This document shows, in pieces, positions 51,381 to 64,000 of a stretch of 64,000 nucleotides of DNA (within the stretch, counting starts at the first letter, position 1; the number at the start of each line of letters is the position of its first letter). A model generated the notes under the pieces. The model was not told the origin of the DNA. It worked only from the letters and a program-made list of their open reading frames with translations, and did no database searches. This DNA is from Antedon mediterranea (lineage: Eukaryota > Animalia > Echinodermata), in assembly GCF_964355755.1 (NCBI RefSeq), contig NC_092677.1:8020101-8084100 (forward strand), read 5' to 3'. A program made the position numbers and the translations under genes.

Positions 51381-54300
51381 ATGGATATCGATGATATATC
51401 GATAAACGATAGATTCCTTAGCGTGATCAGGGAAGGAGAAATTACTTATATTGAGGAAATATTAAATAATAAAGAAACAAATGGATTGGATTTAAACCAC
51501 CGGGATCAGAATGGAAGAAGTGCCCTTGTAATTGCTCTCAACAATGGAAGCCTCTGTAAGTATATCTTTGTCATTCAAATATTAAAAAATCAGATCATCC
51601 AATATTGCAAAAGTAGGTTGTTTTATGTTGAAATGTTTAGTAGTAGGCCTATATGTGTTCTGCAGCTCATTGTGGAAATACTCCAGTTTTAGCTACAAAA
51701 TAAAAACTAAAGTCCTTACTTTAATTGCTTCACCTGATTGTGTTTCAGTTGTAAATTTATTATTTATTGAACAGCTTTCTCATCTCAAACCAAGTCATTT
51801 TATTAAAACTATTTAATAATAAATTTGATGATATTAAATTGCAGTGGTCATCAGAACTTTACTAAAACACGGGATTCAAGTTGGAGATTGCTTGCTGAGA
51901 GCAGTAGAGTCACAGTTTTTTGAAGCTGTAGTTTTAATATGTAATCATACTAAAGCACATCCCGTAAGTATTTCTTTTTCGTTGGTAGAGTAAACATATT
52001 AATTACATGTAGGCCTATTATAAATAAAGTAAATGTCAAAACTATTAATATGTGAAATTGCTATAAAAAAATATAAAGATATAATAAATAGTGTATAAGA
52101 ATATCACGCCTATAAGATATGCTATTTGGTAAATATGCGTTTATTTAGGAAATAAAAGTGGGTGAAATCCACACAAACATTTTTTTTAAACATCATTAAT
52201 GAAGTATGATATACTACATTGTTTCATAATGTTTGTTTAACCAAAAGAGGAAAAAACATATCATGAGTAACATTTTATATGTTCTGTTGATTTGGATTTG
52301 GCATATTTGGCTCTGAATAAAGCAAAATGTTTGAAATATAACACCTAGTCCGGTGGCAGGAGGGGGGATATCACCACCCGAAAGGGGACAAATTGCCATC
52401 CAACTTTTCTAGACCAGAATTTTCCGTAGATTACGAATATGGAAGGTAATCGATCAGGATAGGAAGCGTTTTCGAGATATAAGGGGTCAAAGTTCAAAAT
52501 TGACCAATATAAAAACATGCTATATCTCTGAAAATTCTGGACGTAGTGAGATAATTTTGGTGTCAAATTGTTCAAAATGTATATGTTTATATTAGCTCTA
52601 ACAGAACTTTCTTTGAAAAATTGACCGGAAACACCATTGTTAGCAATTTTGACCTTTGACCTCTTTTTGCTATATCTAAGTATCGGCAGGTCGGAGAGAA
52701 TTAAAAATAGGAGCAAATTGTTCCCAAGATATACATTTATATTCAGTATAATAGATGATATTGCTTGAAAATGACCGGAAGTGTGGTTATTAACCTTTGA
52801 CATAATTGAATAAGGTTATAAAAACATAAATTAATAAATATTTGTCGTAAGGAGCCAATTTTGGTGTCAAATTGTTCACAATATATATATTTATACTTGC
52901 CATAATGCAACATTTTTTTCAAAAAGTGACTGAAACACCTATTTTTCTGTAATTTTAACCTTTGACCTGTTTTTCTCATCTAAATAACGACATGGCATAG
53001 AGATTTCTAACGGCAAATTGTTTATAATAGATATTTTTATTCAATCTAATAGATTATACTGTTTGAAAAATACAAGTGTGATTATTGCCTTGAATCCTGT
53101 ACATAAGAGCCTATCAGGGCGGATTTAATTCAAAGAGGTGTGGAAGGGGAATAATACTATTACTATACAGTACAATGTCTTTCTTTTGAGCAATTTCAAT
53201 CAGGTATCCATGTATCTCCAATAAACGGAATGTACGGCTCATAGAGAATTCAGAAGTTACCTTTGGTTCATTTTGGCAAATCCATATGGGTTCCTTTTAA
53301 TAGGATTGAGGGTGCACAGACAGGCTTTTCCCATGGCTTAACCTACAGTTTCAGTTACCCGATATATTTCTAACACAGTAACTTATGTAGCCAAATGCAT
53401 TGATCCGATACAGGAGCCAAATGTAGAACTGAACATACAGTAGAGAACCACAGAAGGGTCTAAATAGATGACCTGCTGTTGTTTCATTTTAGGCAAAATC
53501 TAAATCGGTTCCTTAAGGATTGAGAGTGCACAGGCAGCTTTATTCCATGTGCCTGTCTATATAAACCCACATTGTCACTCCTTATATTTCCATTATGAGG
53601 CTTAATGTCCATATGACCGGCCCTTGGGTTAATTTGGGCAAATCCATAGTGTTCATTAACGATCTAGAGTGCAAGGCAGCTTTATTCCATGGACCCCGCC
53701 TGTCTATTATGAACCCACAGTGTCACCCCTTATATGTCCATTATGGGGCTTAATGTCCATCCATGGAGGACCTGCCTTTGGGGGTTAATTTGGGTAAATC
53801 CATAAGTGTTCCTTAAGTATCGAGAGTGTACAGGCAGCTTTATTCCATGTGCCTGTCTATATAAACCCACAGTGTCACCCATTATATTTCCATTATGGGG
53901 CTTAATGTCCACCCATGGAGGACCGGCCCTTGGGTTAATTTGGGCAAATCCATAAGTGTTCCTTAAGGATCGAGAGTGCACAGGCAGCTTTATTCCATGG
54001 TTCTGCCTGTCTATATAAACCCACAGTGTCACCCATTATATTTCCATTATGGGGCTTAATGTCCATGGAGGACCGGCCCTTGGGTTAATTTGGGCAAATC
54101 CATAATTGTTATTTAAAGATTGAGGGTGCACATTTAGTTTTATTCCATAGTTCATCTATGAATTATTTACCCCATACTAATTTCTAATACAGGGCCTTAT
54201 GTAGCACACCACATAGAGATCCCAAAAGGGTCCTTAGAGGGTTCATTCGGGCAAATCCATATAGGTTATTTTAGAATCCTTTGTATACAGGAAACTCTTT

Positions 54301-57300
54301 CCTGTATGGGCCAAACTATATAAAAATGGTGGTCTGTCTGTGTAGTGAGTTGTGGATTGAGTTTGGCCACCTGGATCTGCCTATGCCCTATCCTGTACGA
54401 ATTGGTATTCTCTGGTTCTGATGAATAGTAGTTTATTTTCCAAAAACGAATATTGTAGCCCTAATAAATGCAACTGTATAGTGGCAAATCATTGAAGGTC
54501 AGCGCAACATTTTAACATCATAACATTCTAATCGTCATAATATTAATTTTATTATTTATTTTACAGTATTATATTAATACATTTAAAATAATGCGCACTA
54601 GAAAAAATATAAAAATACCATAACTTCACTGCTCAAATAACGTGATTACATTTATGAACATCGATCTCATAGTTTGAATAACTTTGCATTATTTAGTATA
54701 TCATTTATTCAAATGTTGAACTTTGACCCATGTCAACTTGTGTAATGATAAATGTGCTCTTTTGATTGTGTATGATTGATAGATGTCTTAACAGAATGAT
54801 AAAACATAACATTTTGTCCTAAATGTTAGTTTTTATTTGGTTTTAAATGCAAATTGGTTGATTGGTCAATATTGACATTTGACCTTTAATTGCAAAGTAT
54901 TTGTTTTATAAGGCGACTGAATAACACCATACAATACATATAACCATACAAATGTATTAAAAGACCAAATTGAACTTTAATAAATTGGTTATAATACATA
55001 TGTATATAATACATTGTTATAATTGGTCAATTTTGAACTTTGACCCCTTATCTCTTCCTATTCGCTTCCTATCCTGATCGAAGTCTGATTTGATTAAATA
55101 CAGTATTATAATGAAATAACATAACTTTACTTATCCAATAATTTGATTACTTGTAAAACCATCAATAACAACTTTGCATTTATTTGTTAACTAATACGCG
55201 TATTAAAATGTTGACCTTTGACCTTATGTCAACTGATGAAATTGACCTTATGTCAACTGATGAAATGATGTATTTGCTCTTTTACATTGCGTATGATTGA
55301 TTAACAGGATGAGAAAACATCCGATTTTTATTAAATATTAGTTTTTATTTGGTTTTATAGGTACGTTCTATGATTGGTCAATATTGACATTTGACCCTTA
55401 ATCACAAAGGATTTTTTTTTCATAAGGTGATTGAATAGACACTTATAATCATAAAAATGTAATAAAAGACCAAATTGTGCTTCAATAAATTTGTTATAAT
55501 ACATATACATAATACATTGTTGTAATTGGTCAATTTTGAACTTTGACCCCTTATATCTCAAAAACGCTTCCTATCCTGATCGATTACCTTCCATATTCGT
55601 AATCTACGGAAAATTCTAGTCTAGAAAAGTTGGATGGCAATTTGTCCCCTTTTAGGTGGTGATTCCCCCCTCCTGCCACCGGACTAACCAATTTACCACT
55701 AATTTAATATACTGTGCGGTTATTTTTCAAGATGGACTTTCATTAGACAGTGTATACCAATATCATAAAACACCCCTATTTGAGGCAAATCGTTGAACCT
55801 AAATTCGTTTTAATTGTCAATAACTAATTATCTAACTCAATTTAATAAGTAAACAGGGTTACATCAGGTGGTTAAAATCAGTACCGAAAGTACGAACCAA
55901 CTTTATATACCATCAAGTAAACATTCTAGAAGTAACGCGCGATTTTCCGAATTTTGCCCTTACGTAAATGCAATAATGTAATATACTCAAATGTTGACAA
56001 ATTGTTTCATATAACTTTATTCCAAATCATAATTTCTTAATTAACCATTTTTAATCAAAAATGATAAAAATAATATGAAAAGGAATAGGGCAACCACGAC
56101 AAGCAAACCTTTACAACTGTGGCGCCCTGTAAAAATAAAAAGTTCCATAATAATGGAAATGCTTAAGGCAAGGCAATAATATACAATTTGTAAAGTGTTT
56201 ACATTAAACAAAGTATCCTTATCTCATTCTATAGGTACCGCCTCTTTTTTCTCGGTTTTCTTTTCTTTTCATTTTACAATTAAACATTTTACTTTTGTTT
56301 GGTGGTTTGAATTTCTTTTAGAAGAAAATATTTGTGGAAGTAAGTTCTAATAATATAGGAAATAATAAAGACATGCCTTATTTATTTATATTTTTGTTCT
56401 TCCTGAAATCGATATTATTTTCAATGTATGTTTTTTAGGAGGATAGAGAAGCAATAATCAATTGTCGCACTGAGAATGATGATTTCCATCCAGACGCTTC
56501 TCCAATTATTTTAGCAAGTCATCACAATAACTACAAAATCATAAAGGTAGGCCTACCATAGTTTAATCATACAGCGGTTCGGTCTCGTGCATAAAAATAC
56601 CATTGCTCAATGCAAGTACGGTATCAAGTTAACAAGCCTGACGGCCATGGTGTGCAACAAACATATTCATCATTACACCTGAAATTACGCCTGAAACTAT
56701 AATAGGCCTTATACAATAGCTTATGCGTAACGAAGTTGGTTATCAATAGGCCTACACACGATAGTGTCGATTTGATACCGTACGTGCTTTATACAATTAT
56801 ACAAAGTTTATATTAATTATTTTCAAAATATTATTTACCTTACAGGGTCAACGGCAACATTCTATACACAGAATCACATATCTTCTGAACGAAGACCCAT
56901 TATAGAGAACATGCCATTACGTTGAACCGATTAAATAAGTTCTAAACCAGTAGACTGTGGGCCATTAGCTTCTAAGCTGCATTTCTGCAGTCCAGTCAAT
57001 GGGGCAGGACGGAATGACAATAAAAAATTACTTAAATATAATTATAAGATTCATAAAATTGAATTGTTCCCCCAATTATTAAAGTAGTCGATGGGCTGTT
57101 TTCTTGTTGTTTATTTGTTTTATTTTTATTTATTTAAGGTTCTCTTGAAATATGGAGCAACCGTTCCTGATCCTGACACTTCGGATTTCCTTCGAACTGA
57201 AAAGCATACTCTACAGCGGTCTGTTGGTACTCTAAACATCTATCGGGCACTTGCTAGTGAAGCGTATATTTCACTAACAAGTAGGGACCCAATTGGCACG

Positions 57301-60300
57301 GCATTTAGTATGTGCGGTCGCCTACGAGCACTAAGTAACCAAGAGTACGAGTTTAGGGTAGAGTATAACGAGCTTGCCGACCAAATGGAAAAGTATGCGG
57401 CTGATATCTTGGGTGAAGCGAGAAACTCCGAAGAGGTAAATAACAAACTTTGAATTCTTTATTGAGCTATCCATTAGTGTGTATTTCTCTACACTTTCGA
57501 TGTGCGATTAACTACTTGTATCACGACAGAAGAAGAAGAATCATTTTACTTTTGATACATCCAAAACAAACTATTAAACAAAATAGAACATTTCTCTGGT
57601 TATGGCGGACTCAAAAGTAGCAATAAAAAATCTAAAATTTTAATTTATTTTAAAAACACTAAAACTAAGAAATAACGAGTTATTAATCATTAAAAATACA
57701 CTAATTTTGATTGTGTGTTTCTTTTTAGTCAACAACAGTATTAACGCACCAAGAGGACAAGTTATACGATATCGTAGATCAAGGAATGGAGCACTGCCAA
57801 CTTTACAAAGTTTTTAAAGCAATTGACGTCGAACAAAAAAAGGTACGATTTAGCTCACTCTTTCAGGTTTTTAAACTTTATGAAGATGTACCTTATTTTA
57901 AAACTTTTAAAAATACATGTTCATTTCCATCCAGTGAAATCAGAGAGCTTCTGTGCATATTTCTCCTGCATAGAACTATTTACAATGTCACATGAATCTT
58001 ACATTGGTCTATCAAATTTTCTTTTAAAGTTTGTTGCACATCCGCATTGCCAACAACTGCTGATCAAACGATTCTATGGAAGATTTTCATTCGTTCGTGA
58101 TTGGGGAGCTCTACGACAGCTTTGTTTCACGCTGCTTATTATGATATTGTTTCCTGTTCTTTCTATCATATACCTGATTTTACCATTCGATAAAGTTAAA
58201 TATATGATCCGTGTTCCGTAAGTATTTTGTTAGACATCTAAGTAAACAATATCACAAAGAAACAATAATACAGAAAGAATCATATGTCAATCAATTCAAA
58301 TGTTGCTACTTACCATATCATATCTTAAGGGCTATCGATGATGTACAACATCATAGCCTGGTATTTTGTCTGAACAGAAAAACATTTGAATTTTTAAAGG
58401 ATTAAAGCAGGCTTTGAAACAATTATTTTATAATATTTTGTCTACAGGTACATAAAATTCTTGATGGATCTGGGCTCAAAGTTGTATTTTTTATCGTTTG
58501 TTTTTATGACGACAGCAGTATCAAAGCCAATTATGGACACTGATGCCGATTTGGATGATCAGAGCTTTAGCCAACTTCCAAATTGGTTGTTATGTGTTAT
58601 CTTTGTCTTTGTTGTAGGCAAGTTATTCTTTTTTGCTTTAAATAATCTACGTTATCAATATTTTACATTGTCATAGTTTTCATTTTGGACAAGTAGGCCT
58701 AGAGAAATTTAGGTAGGCTTTTATATTTGGATATTTGAGAACTTCGAACTGGCCAATAGCTGAAGAGGAGAAAATAGTAAATACTTGAAGGTGGATACAT
58801 ATTGTACATCCTGCTCAGGCTGCATCCATCGTACTCGGTACAGCTGCAACATGTATATTGTGTATACACAATCACAAATACAAAACAAAGTACTCGTACG
58901 CATACGAATACGAAGTTAAAATTAATATTATAACAATGTTTCTCGTTCATATCAATAAACAGCTCTGACGTGGCACGAATTGAAACAGTTAAATCGAACT
59001 GGTTGGGAGAGGTTCAAAGCTGACGGACAAAATTTCATGGATTTTGTTTTGCTTGTCCTCTATTGGAGTTATTTAATGCTAACTCTAATGTCTTATCTTG
59101 AGGTAAGTCCATTGTTTCTGTCAATCATTGTGACATACATTAACTGAAGTTCATTAGTTATTCGTTTACTACTGTACGCGTCAGAGTAGGTGAATTATAC
59201 AATACACTGCCGAAAGGTCGTTACAGGTGACAGGTAAACGATCAATTAATTAAAAATAATGGAGTATTTTTTTACATTTATAATAGCTTCAACAACAGAT
59301 AGATGTTAACAACCACGATTTACAAGTTCGTGACCTGACAGTGGAGGGGCTAGATGATCACCTAACCAACGTTACTCTACCCGACCTAAAGCAATTCATC
59401 TCAAGCTCACTTAATAACACAGAGTTGAACATTAACGCCTATACTCGAGAACAACTTACTCTAGTCATGACAGAATTAATGAACAATTTATCTTGCGATA
59501 TGCCGGAAGAAGCACAGCTGAATGTTCCCACCAGCGACGATGCAGTTTCGTACTACAGGCTAAGCCTCGATCCATTCCACCCAGAGTTGGTTGCCGAGGC
59601 GTTGTACGCTTGCGCGACTATAATCGCCTTTCTAAGATTGTTGAATTTGTCAGTAGCAAGTCAGCTGGTTGGACCGTTGCAAATCTCCCTTGGAGGAATG
59701 TTGGTGGATATTATTAAGTTTATTCTTGTTTTTGCAATCGTCTGGTTTGCATTTGCTCTTGGTCTGAACCAGGTTTACCAATATTACGAAGATGTCCGCC
59801 ACAGATCATGTGTTGCTGAGAATGGAGAAGACGAATGCCGAATCGGGCCATTTTATGAGTAAGGACAATAACTATCATAGCATAATATTATCATTTATTT
59901 GGCTTGAATGAACAATAAATACATACAGGGGCAATTAAAAACAATGTAGAAGAAAGAGGCAGGAATACATAAATGATAGAGAAAAAATAACAATTGAGAG
60001 GCTTGTTAAGATACTTGCACAACATCTAGTGTAGGCCTAAACATGTAGCCTACATTAAACTCTAAAAAGGAAACTCAGGAAATATTTCTTTGAACGTTGT
60101 AAAATTATGATTGCTACTATTTTTAGTATTAATATATACCATGGACCTATCAATTGAACATGAATATACAATGCAAATTTCTGTTGACAAGAAAATGTAT
60201 TTAAAATGTCAATTTACATTCTTAACGGAAACTTTATTATTTTTTTGACAAGACCTCTAGATATGTGTGTATTAGAATACCCGTGTATTATAGTACTGTT

Positions 60301-63300
60301 CAGTTTATTTTGACTATGTAGCTTAGTTAGTAAAGTTCTTCACCGTCACATGCATTTTGTTTTTTTCTAGTATATGGCAATCTTTACTGACTCTATTCTG
60401 GACTCTGTTTGGTCTGCAAAATGCCTCGGTTGTCCAGTTGAACGATGCAGGACACACATTTACGGAAATAATTGGAACTCTGTTATTTGCTTTCTATCTG
60501 TTATTTGCTGTTGTTGTATTGCTAAACGCCCTCATTGCAATGATGAGCAACACGTACACACGAGTGGAGGTTAGTGTGATCCATTAAATTGTAAATTATT
60601 CCGAAGCACTGTAGGCCTAGGCCCTACAGCATATTTGTCGAATTACATGTAGTTTAACATAATTTTCGCCACGGTGAATTAATTGTCGTTGATAAAAAAA
60701 ATATTCTATGGAAGCACCACTAGTATGATTATTCGAAATAATATTAGAAGAACCAGAGAAGAGTGATTTTCCGAAGAATTATTTCACTCTTTCCGAAGAG
60801 TAATTTCACTCTTCAGGAAGAGTAAAATCAGTCTTCCCTGTGAAAACATTATAAACGCATTTAACTATTTAGTTTCTACTGTTGGTTACATAAAGGAGTC
60901 ATAATTTGAGAGGTTTTGTGTATAATCGCAACAACTCAAATGTATATAGATAGGAAATGTTTTATTTATTATGTCTTATGTTTTTTATGGAAAAGGGTCC
61001 TGCTAAAACAGAATTGTAAAATTCTCTATGCAGGGTCCTTGCCATCATTTATATTATGAAACTATATTTATAAACGATGAGTAAATAAATGTGAATTGAA
61101 TTGAATAATGTAGAATGACACATTTATAAGACAGATATAAAATTTTAGTTTAACCTCGTATAACAACTTAAAAACAACTTTTAGTCTTGCTAGTGTTCTG
61201 CCATAGTTTGACCAAAAAATGTGATGTGCCCAATGTGGTAGTAACAAACCCAAATATGGTAGTAATATGACATAATCATGTCCATTTATGGGCACATTAC
61301 ATTTTTGTTTGTAGTTTTTGTTTGATTGAAGCTTCTTATATTTTTGTCGAAACATTTCAATTACAATTTTATAGGAAAATTCGGACACAGAATGGAAGTT
61401 TGCGAGAGCCAAAATGTGGGGAAGATTTTTGGAATTGCAGAATACCGTTCCTCCGCCATTCAACATTATACCGTCTGTAAAATGGATACGAGTATGCTGG
61501 TTGAACTTACGGTTTGAGTGGTGTATTACTCGCGCCGCTTACAAGAAACGGAATCAGGTACGTTGAATCAAAGTCCATTATGACAATATAAAATCGTTTT
61601 TGATATGCTTTGTAATGATTGAGTTAGTACTTTTCTCATTACCTTGCTATATTTCCATTACGTGACGGGATTATGATTAGAAGTATCAAATGTGACCCTA
61701 CGGATGCCGATGAAATGAGTCCATCTGGACGCCACCTTGCCGTATGAAATGAGAGGCGATGAATATCATCTGATTGATTTTCCAATATCCCAGTTGGAAA
61801 ATCCCGTTGGACTAATTATTGTATTGTTATTGGCTGTTAAACCGTCGTAAAACCGATTAATAAACGTGCGGTTCAATAAGAGATATTTTTGTGGTAAAAT
61901 CCAATCGTGCTCATTTTCTTAAACTCGATAATTATACTACCCACTTGCATTCTCAAATGATGAATCAAGTCGTTTTGGAGACTCAGTATTTTCCATTCCA
62001 ATGTTTAATGTCTCAATTGGCCTGCGTGGGTACACAGTTAATTAGTTTCAAACAATAAATGTTATCATAATAGCGTGCACTAGTTCTTGTCAATTTCAGG
62101 ACCGTATTTTAATTGTAATTTATCGGTTCCCTTTGGTAATACAAGTAGCCAAAAGGTGAAACGATATCTTTAAGTTTTAAATAATCAAAGAATGAAAGAA
62201 TACCAGATCAGTTGAAAATATCAATAATTATACAACAATGACTGGTTTTTATAAATAAAAGATAAATATATACATATTCGTACAGAAAACTAAAGTTTTA
62301 TAATGGGAACATAGGATGACAATTTATACCTATTTTTCGATAATCAAATTACTTCATGATCAATAAGAAATATATTAGTCGAGTCTTCCTTAAAACGCGA
62401 ATATCTACAAAAACCGCACACCCATAATTCTCAACTTATAATAATTACTGACAGTATGTTCTGGTTTAAAAACTTGCAGAATTATGAAGTTGGTTTATCC
62501 AAACAAGGCCATGATAATGGTGTTTTGACGCCGATGCTGCAAATGCCTAATGAACGAACAAAACTCTTTCAATTTCAACACCATACATAACACCTAATCA
62601 CCGCTTTTACGTCATCTAATTGTCTATTTATCAACTAAAATCTTCTAAATGTTCACAGTAATGGAAATTTATTTGAAGCATCATTACATCGTAATATAAT
62701 TTCTAAATCTGTTTTAATGTCAAGAATTTCGAGTAAGGATGATCAAGATATTTCATCAGTACAGCATTAAACGAATTCGTGTTAATTTGCCGTGGTGTAG
62801 TTATTCAAAAGTTAATGCTATTGAAATGATTAAATGTAAAACATTGGATTATATCTATTATGTATGAACGAATGTTGTTCGACAAATCATTGTTGGTAAC
62901 GATTAGGTTCGGTGCAGCTATTAACTCTATGTAATCTCAAGGAAAGACTCATCCGCATTGTATAGGAAATATATGATGTGTTCGTAGAGCATAGGAATTT
63001 AGAACTATCACGATTTAATCCGTTATTCTTTATCGCGGTGACAATAACAAACAAAACATCTCGATGCGCTGCTAAAATTTTAAACCTCTCGCACATAAAG
63101 TGCTAAATTCATTTACAAAAAAAAAGTTATAATTCCAAGATTTTGTGTAAATACTATTATATACTTATACGGCACAGTCTTTCTTAAAAACTCATTCTTA
63201 TTTTGTTTGTAAGTGTTTTCTTGTATAAAATGACATTTTATTTTGTTATGACTGTAATTTTACTGTAACGTCATGTAGGCCTATCCAGTTGTAGGTCCTA

Positions 63301-63804
63301 AAAGTGTATCTTAAAAATATGTTATGTTATGAAGAATAAAAAAAAGAGAAACTTTTTATAAAAAAGGCCTACAATGGTAAAAGGTTCAACATCAGGAGAA
63401 AACTTATTATCAATTGGTTTTCAGTCATGCCCGCGCAATCAATCAAAAACGTTGATTAGAGAATCAGTTCGAGAAAGTTACTTTACTTGTATGCATCGAT
63501 ATTTTTATTAGTTTAGTGGCACCATGTGCGAGCGTGGTAACTATAAAACCGGTCTCAATGCAGAAAGATTTCTGGCATGATTTATTTATATGACATATTG
63601 GATAATTACTGCACATCATGACTGGATCTAGGTCACATTTGTTGACGGCATTAGGTACCATGGGAGGACAACCAAGTATTTCAATATATTGGCTCAATAA
63701 TAGAGTTGATTGAAATGAAGTAGAGTGGGATTATCCTGTTGTGTGTTTTTTCTCTCTTGCAGGCTAAACATCGTGACGTTCAAAGTGCCGAGCGGCAGTA
63801 CTTT
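51381..63804 (+). CDS. Short transient receptor potential (TRPC-family) channel, 3' end outside the window
   Basis: Exons 51381-51555, 51845-51963, 56439-56546, 57139-57435, 57729-57842, 58030-58217, 58448-58617, 58963-59102, 59287-59858, 60371-60569, 61375-61557, 63763-63804. Ankyrin repeats, YRALAS..SRDPI..AF, KKFVAHPHCQQLL, GPLQISLGGMLVDIIKF, pore LFWTLFG, LLNALIAMMSNTY, TRP box EWKFAR, TVPPPFNIIPS. A probable non-coding exon ends at 50571. Confidence 0.93.
52346..55686. mobile_element. Non-autonomous DNA transposon, Academ-like, 3.3 kb, in a TRPC intron
   Basis: ~160-bp near-perfect TIRs (TAGTCCGGTGGCAGGAGGGGGG... / ...CCCCCCTCCTGCCACCGGACTA) with a 3-bp ACC target duplication (52343-52345, 55687-55689); no transposase ORF; internal ~480-bp direct repeat at 54700-55560. 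Confidence 0.8.
53115..54385. repeat. Nested hAT-like element carrying a ~150-bp tandem array (53490-54150)
   Basis: Ends CAGGGCGGAT / GGATCTGCCTATG, flanks GCCTAT / CCCTAT; unit GGGTTAATTTGGGCAAATCCATA..CAGGCAGCTTTATTCCATG repeated 4-5 times plus decayed copies. Confidence 0.6.
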
Positions 63805-64000
63805 GTAAGATATACTGACTTGTTTTTATCTATAAAACCCGCTTGATAATACAATTTAAGTAAGAAACATAGGCATTGGGAAAATAATGAGCGTAGGATT
63901 AAAAACCTGCCAACTGAGCTTTTTTCTTTTCTTGTGGGTTCTTCCACCTTTTATTTTATCTATCTGTAGGAATAATATATCATTTTGAACATTGTTTCAT

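Noticed and set aside
63970-64000. Next TRPC exon after the pyrimidine tract and TAG
   Set aside because: In the required phase it reads GAA TAA, truncating the expected C-terminal coiled coil; the real exon is probably beyond the window.

Overview
AT-rich, intron-containing animal DNA, probably an invertebrate; an echinoderm-like deuterostome is a guess from gene content and motif bias and is unverified. Five spliced protein-coding genes were reconstructed by eye from GT/GC-AG boundaries and open frames: (1) a partial minus-strand gene for an unidentified N-terminally anchored membrane protein running off the left edge; (2) RPLP1; (3) hormone-sensitive lipase LIPE (minus); (4) NOMO (25 exons); (5) a divergent TRPC channel running off the right edge. 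The most unusual structure is the ~9.6 kb between the head-to-head LIPE and NOMO start codons. It is almost entirely a nested, foldback-like inverted repeat whose outer termini lie ~40 and ~140 bp from the two ATGs. It carries mirrored tRNA-like Pol III units and later CR1/L2, Penelope-like and SINE insertions. Other notable signals are a large excess of TACAGTA/TACTGTA and TAGGCCTA words (possible transposon excision scars), structured RPLP1 introns, a perfect 41-bp hairpin in a NOMO intron, an Academ-like transposon, and a TRPC with a GC-AG intron, no TRP_2 zinc motif and a very long S3-S4 loop. No database searches were run; family assignments rest on remembered motifs.
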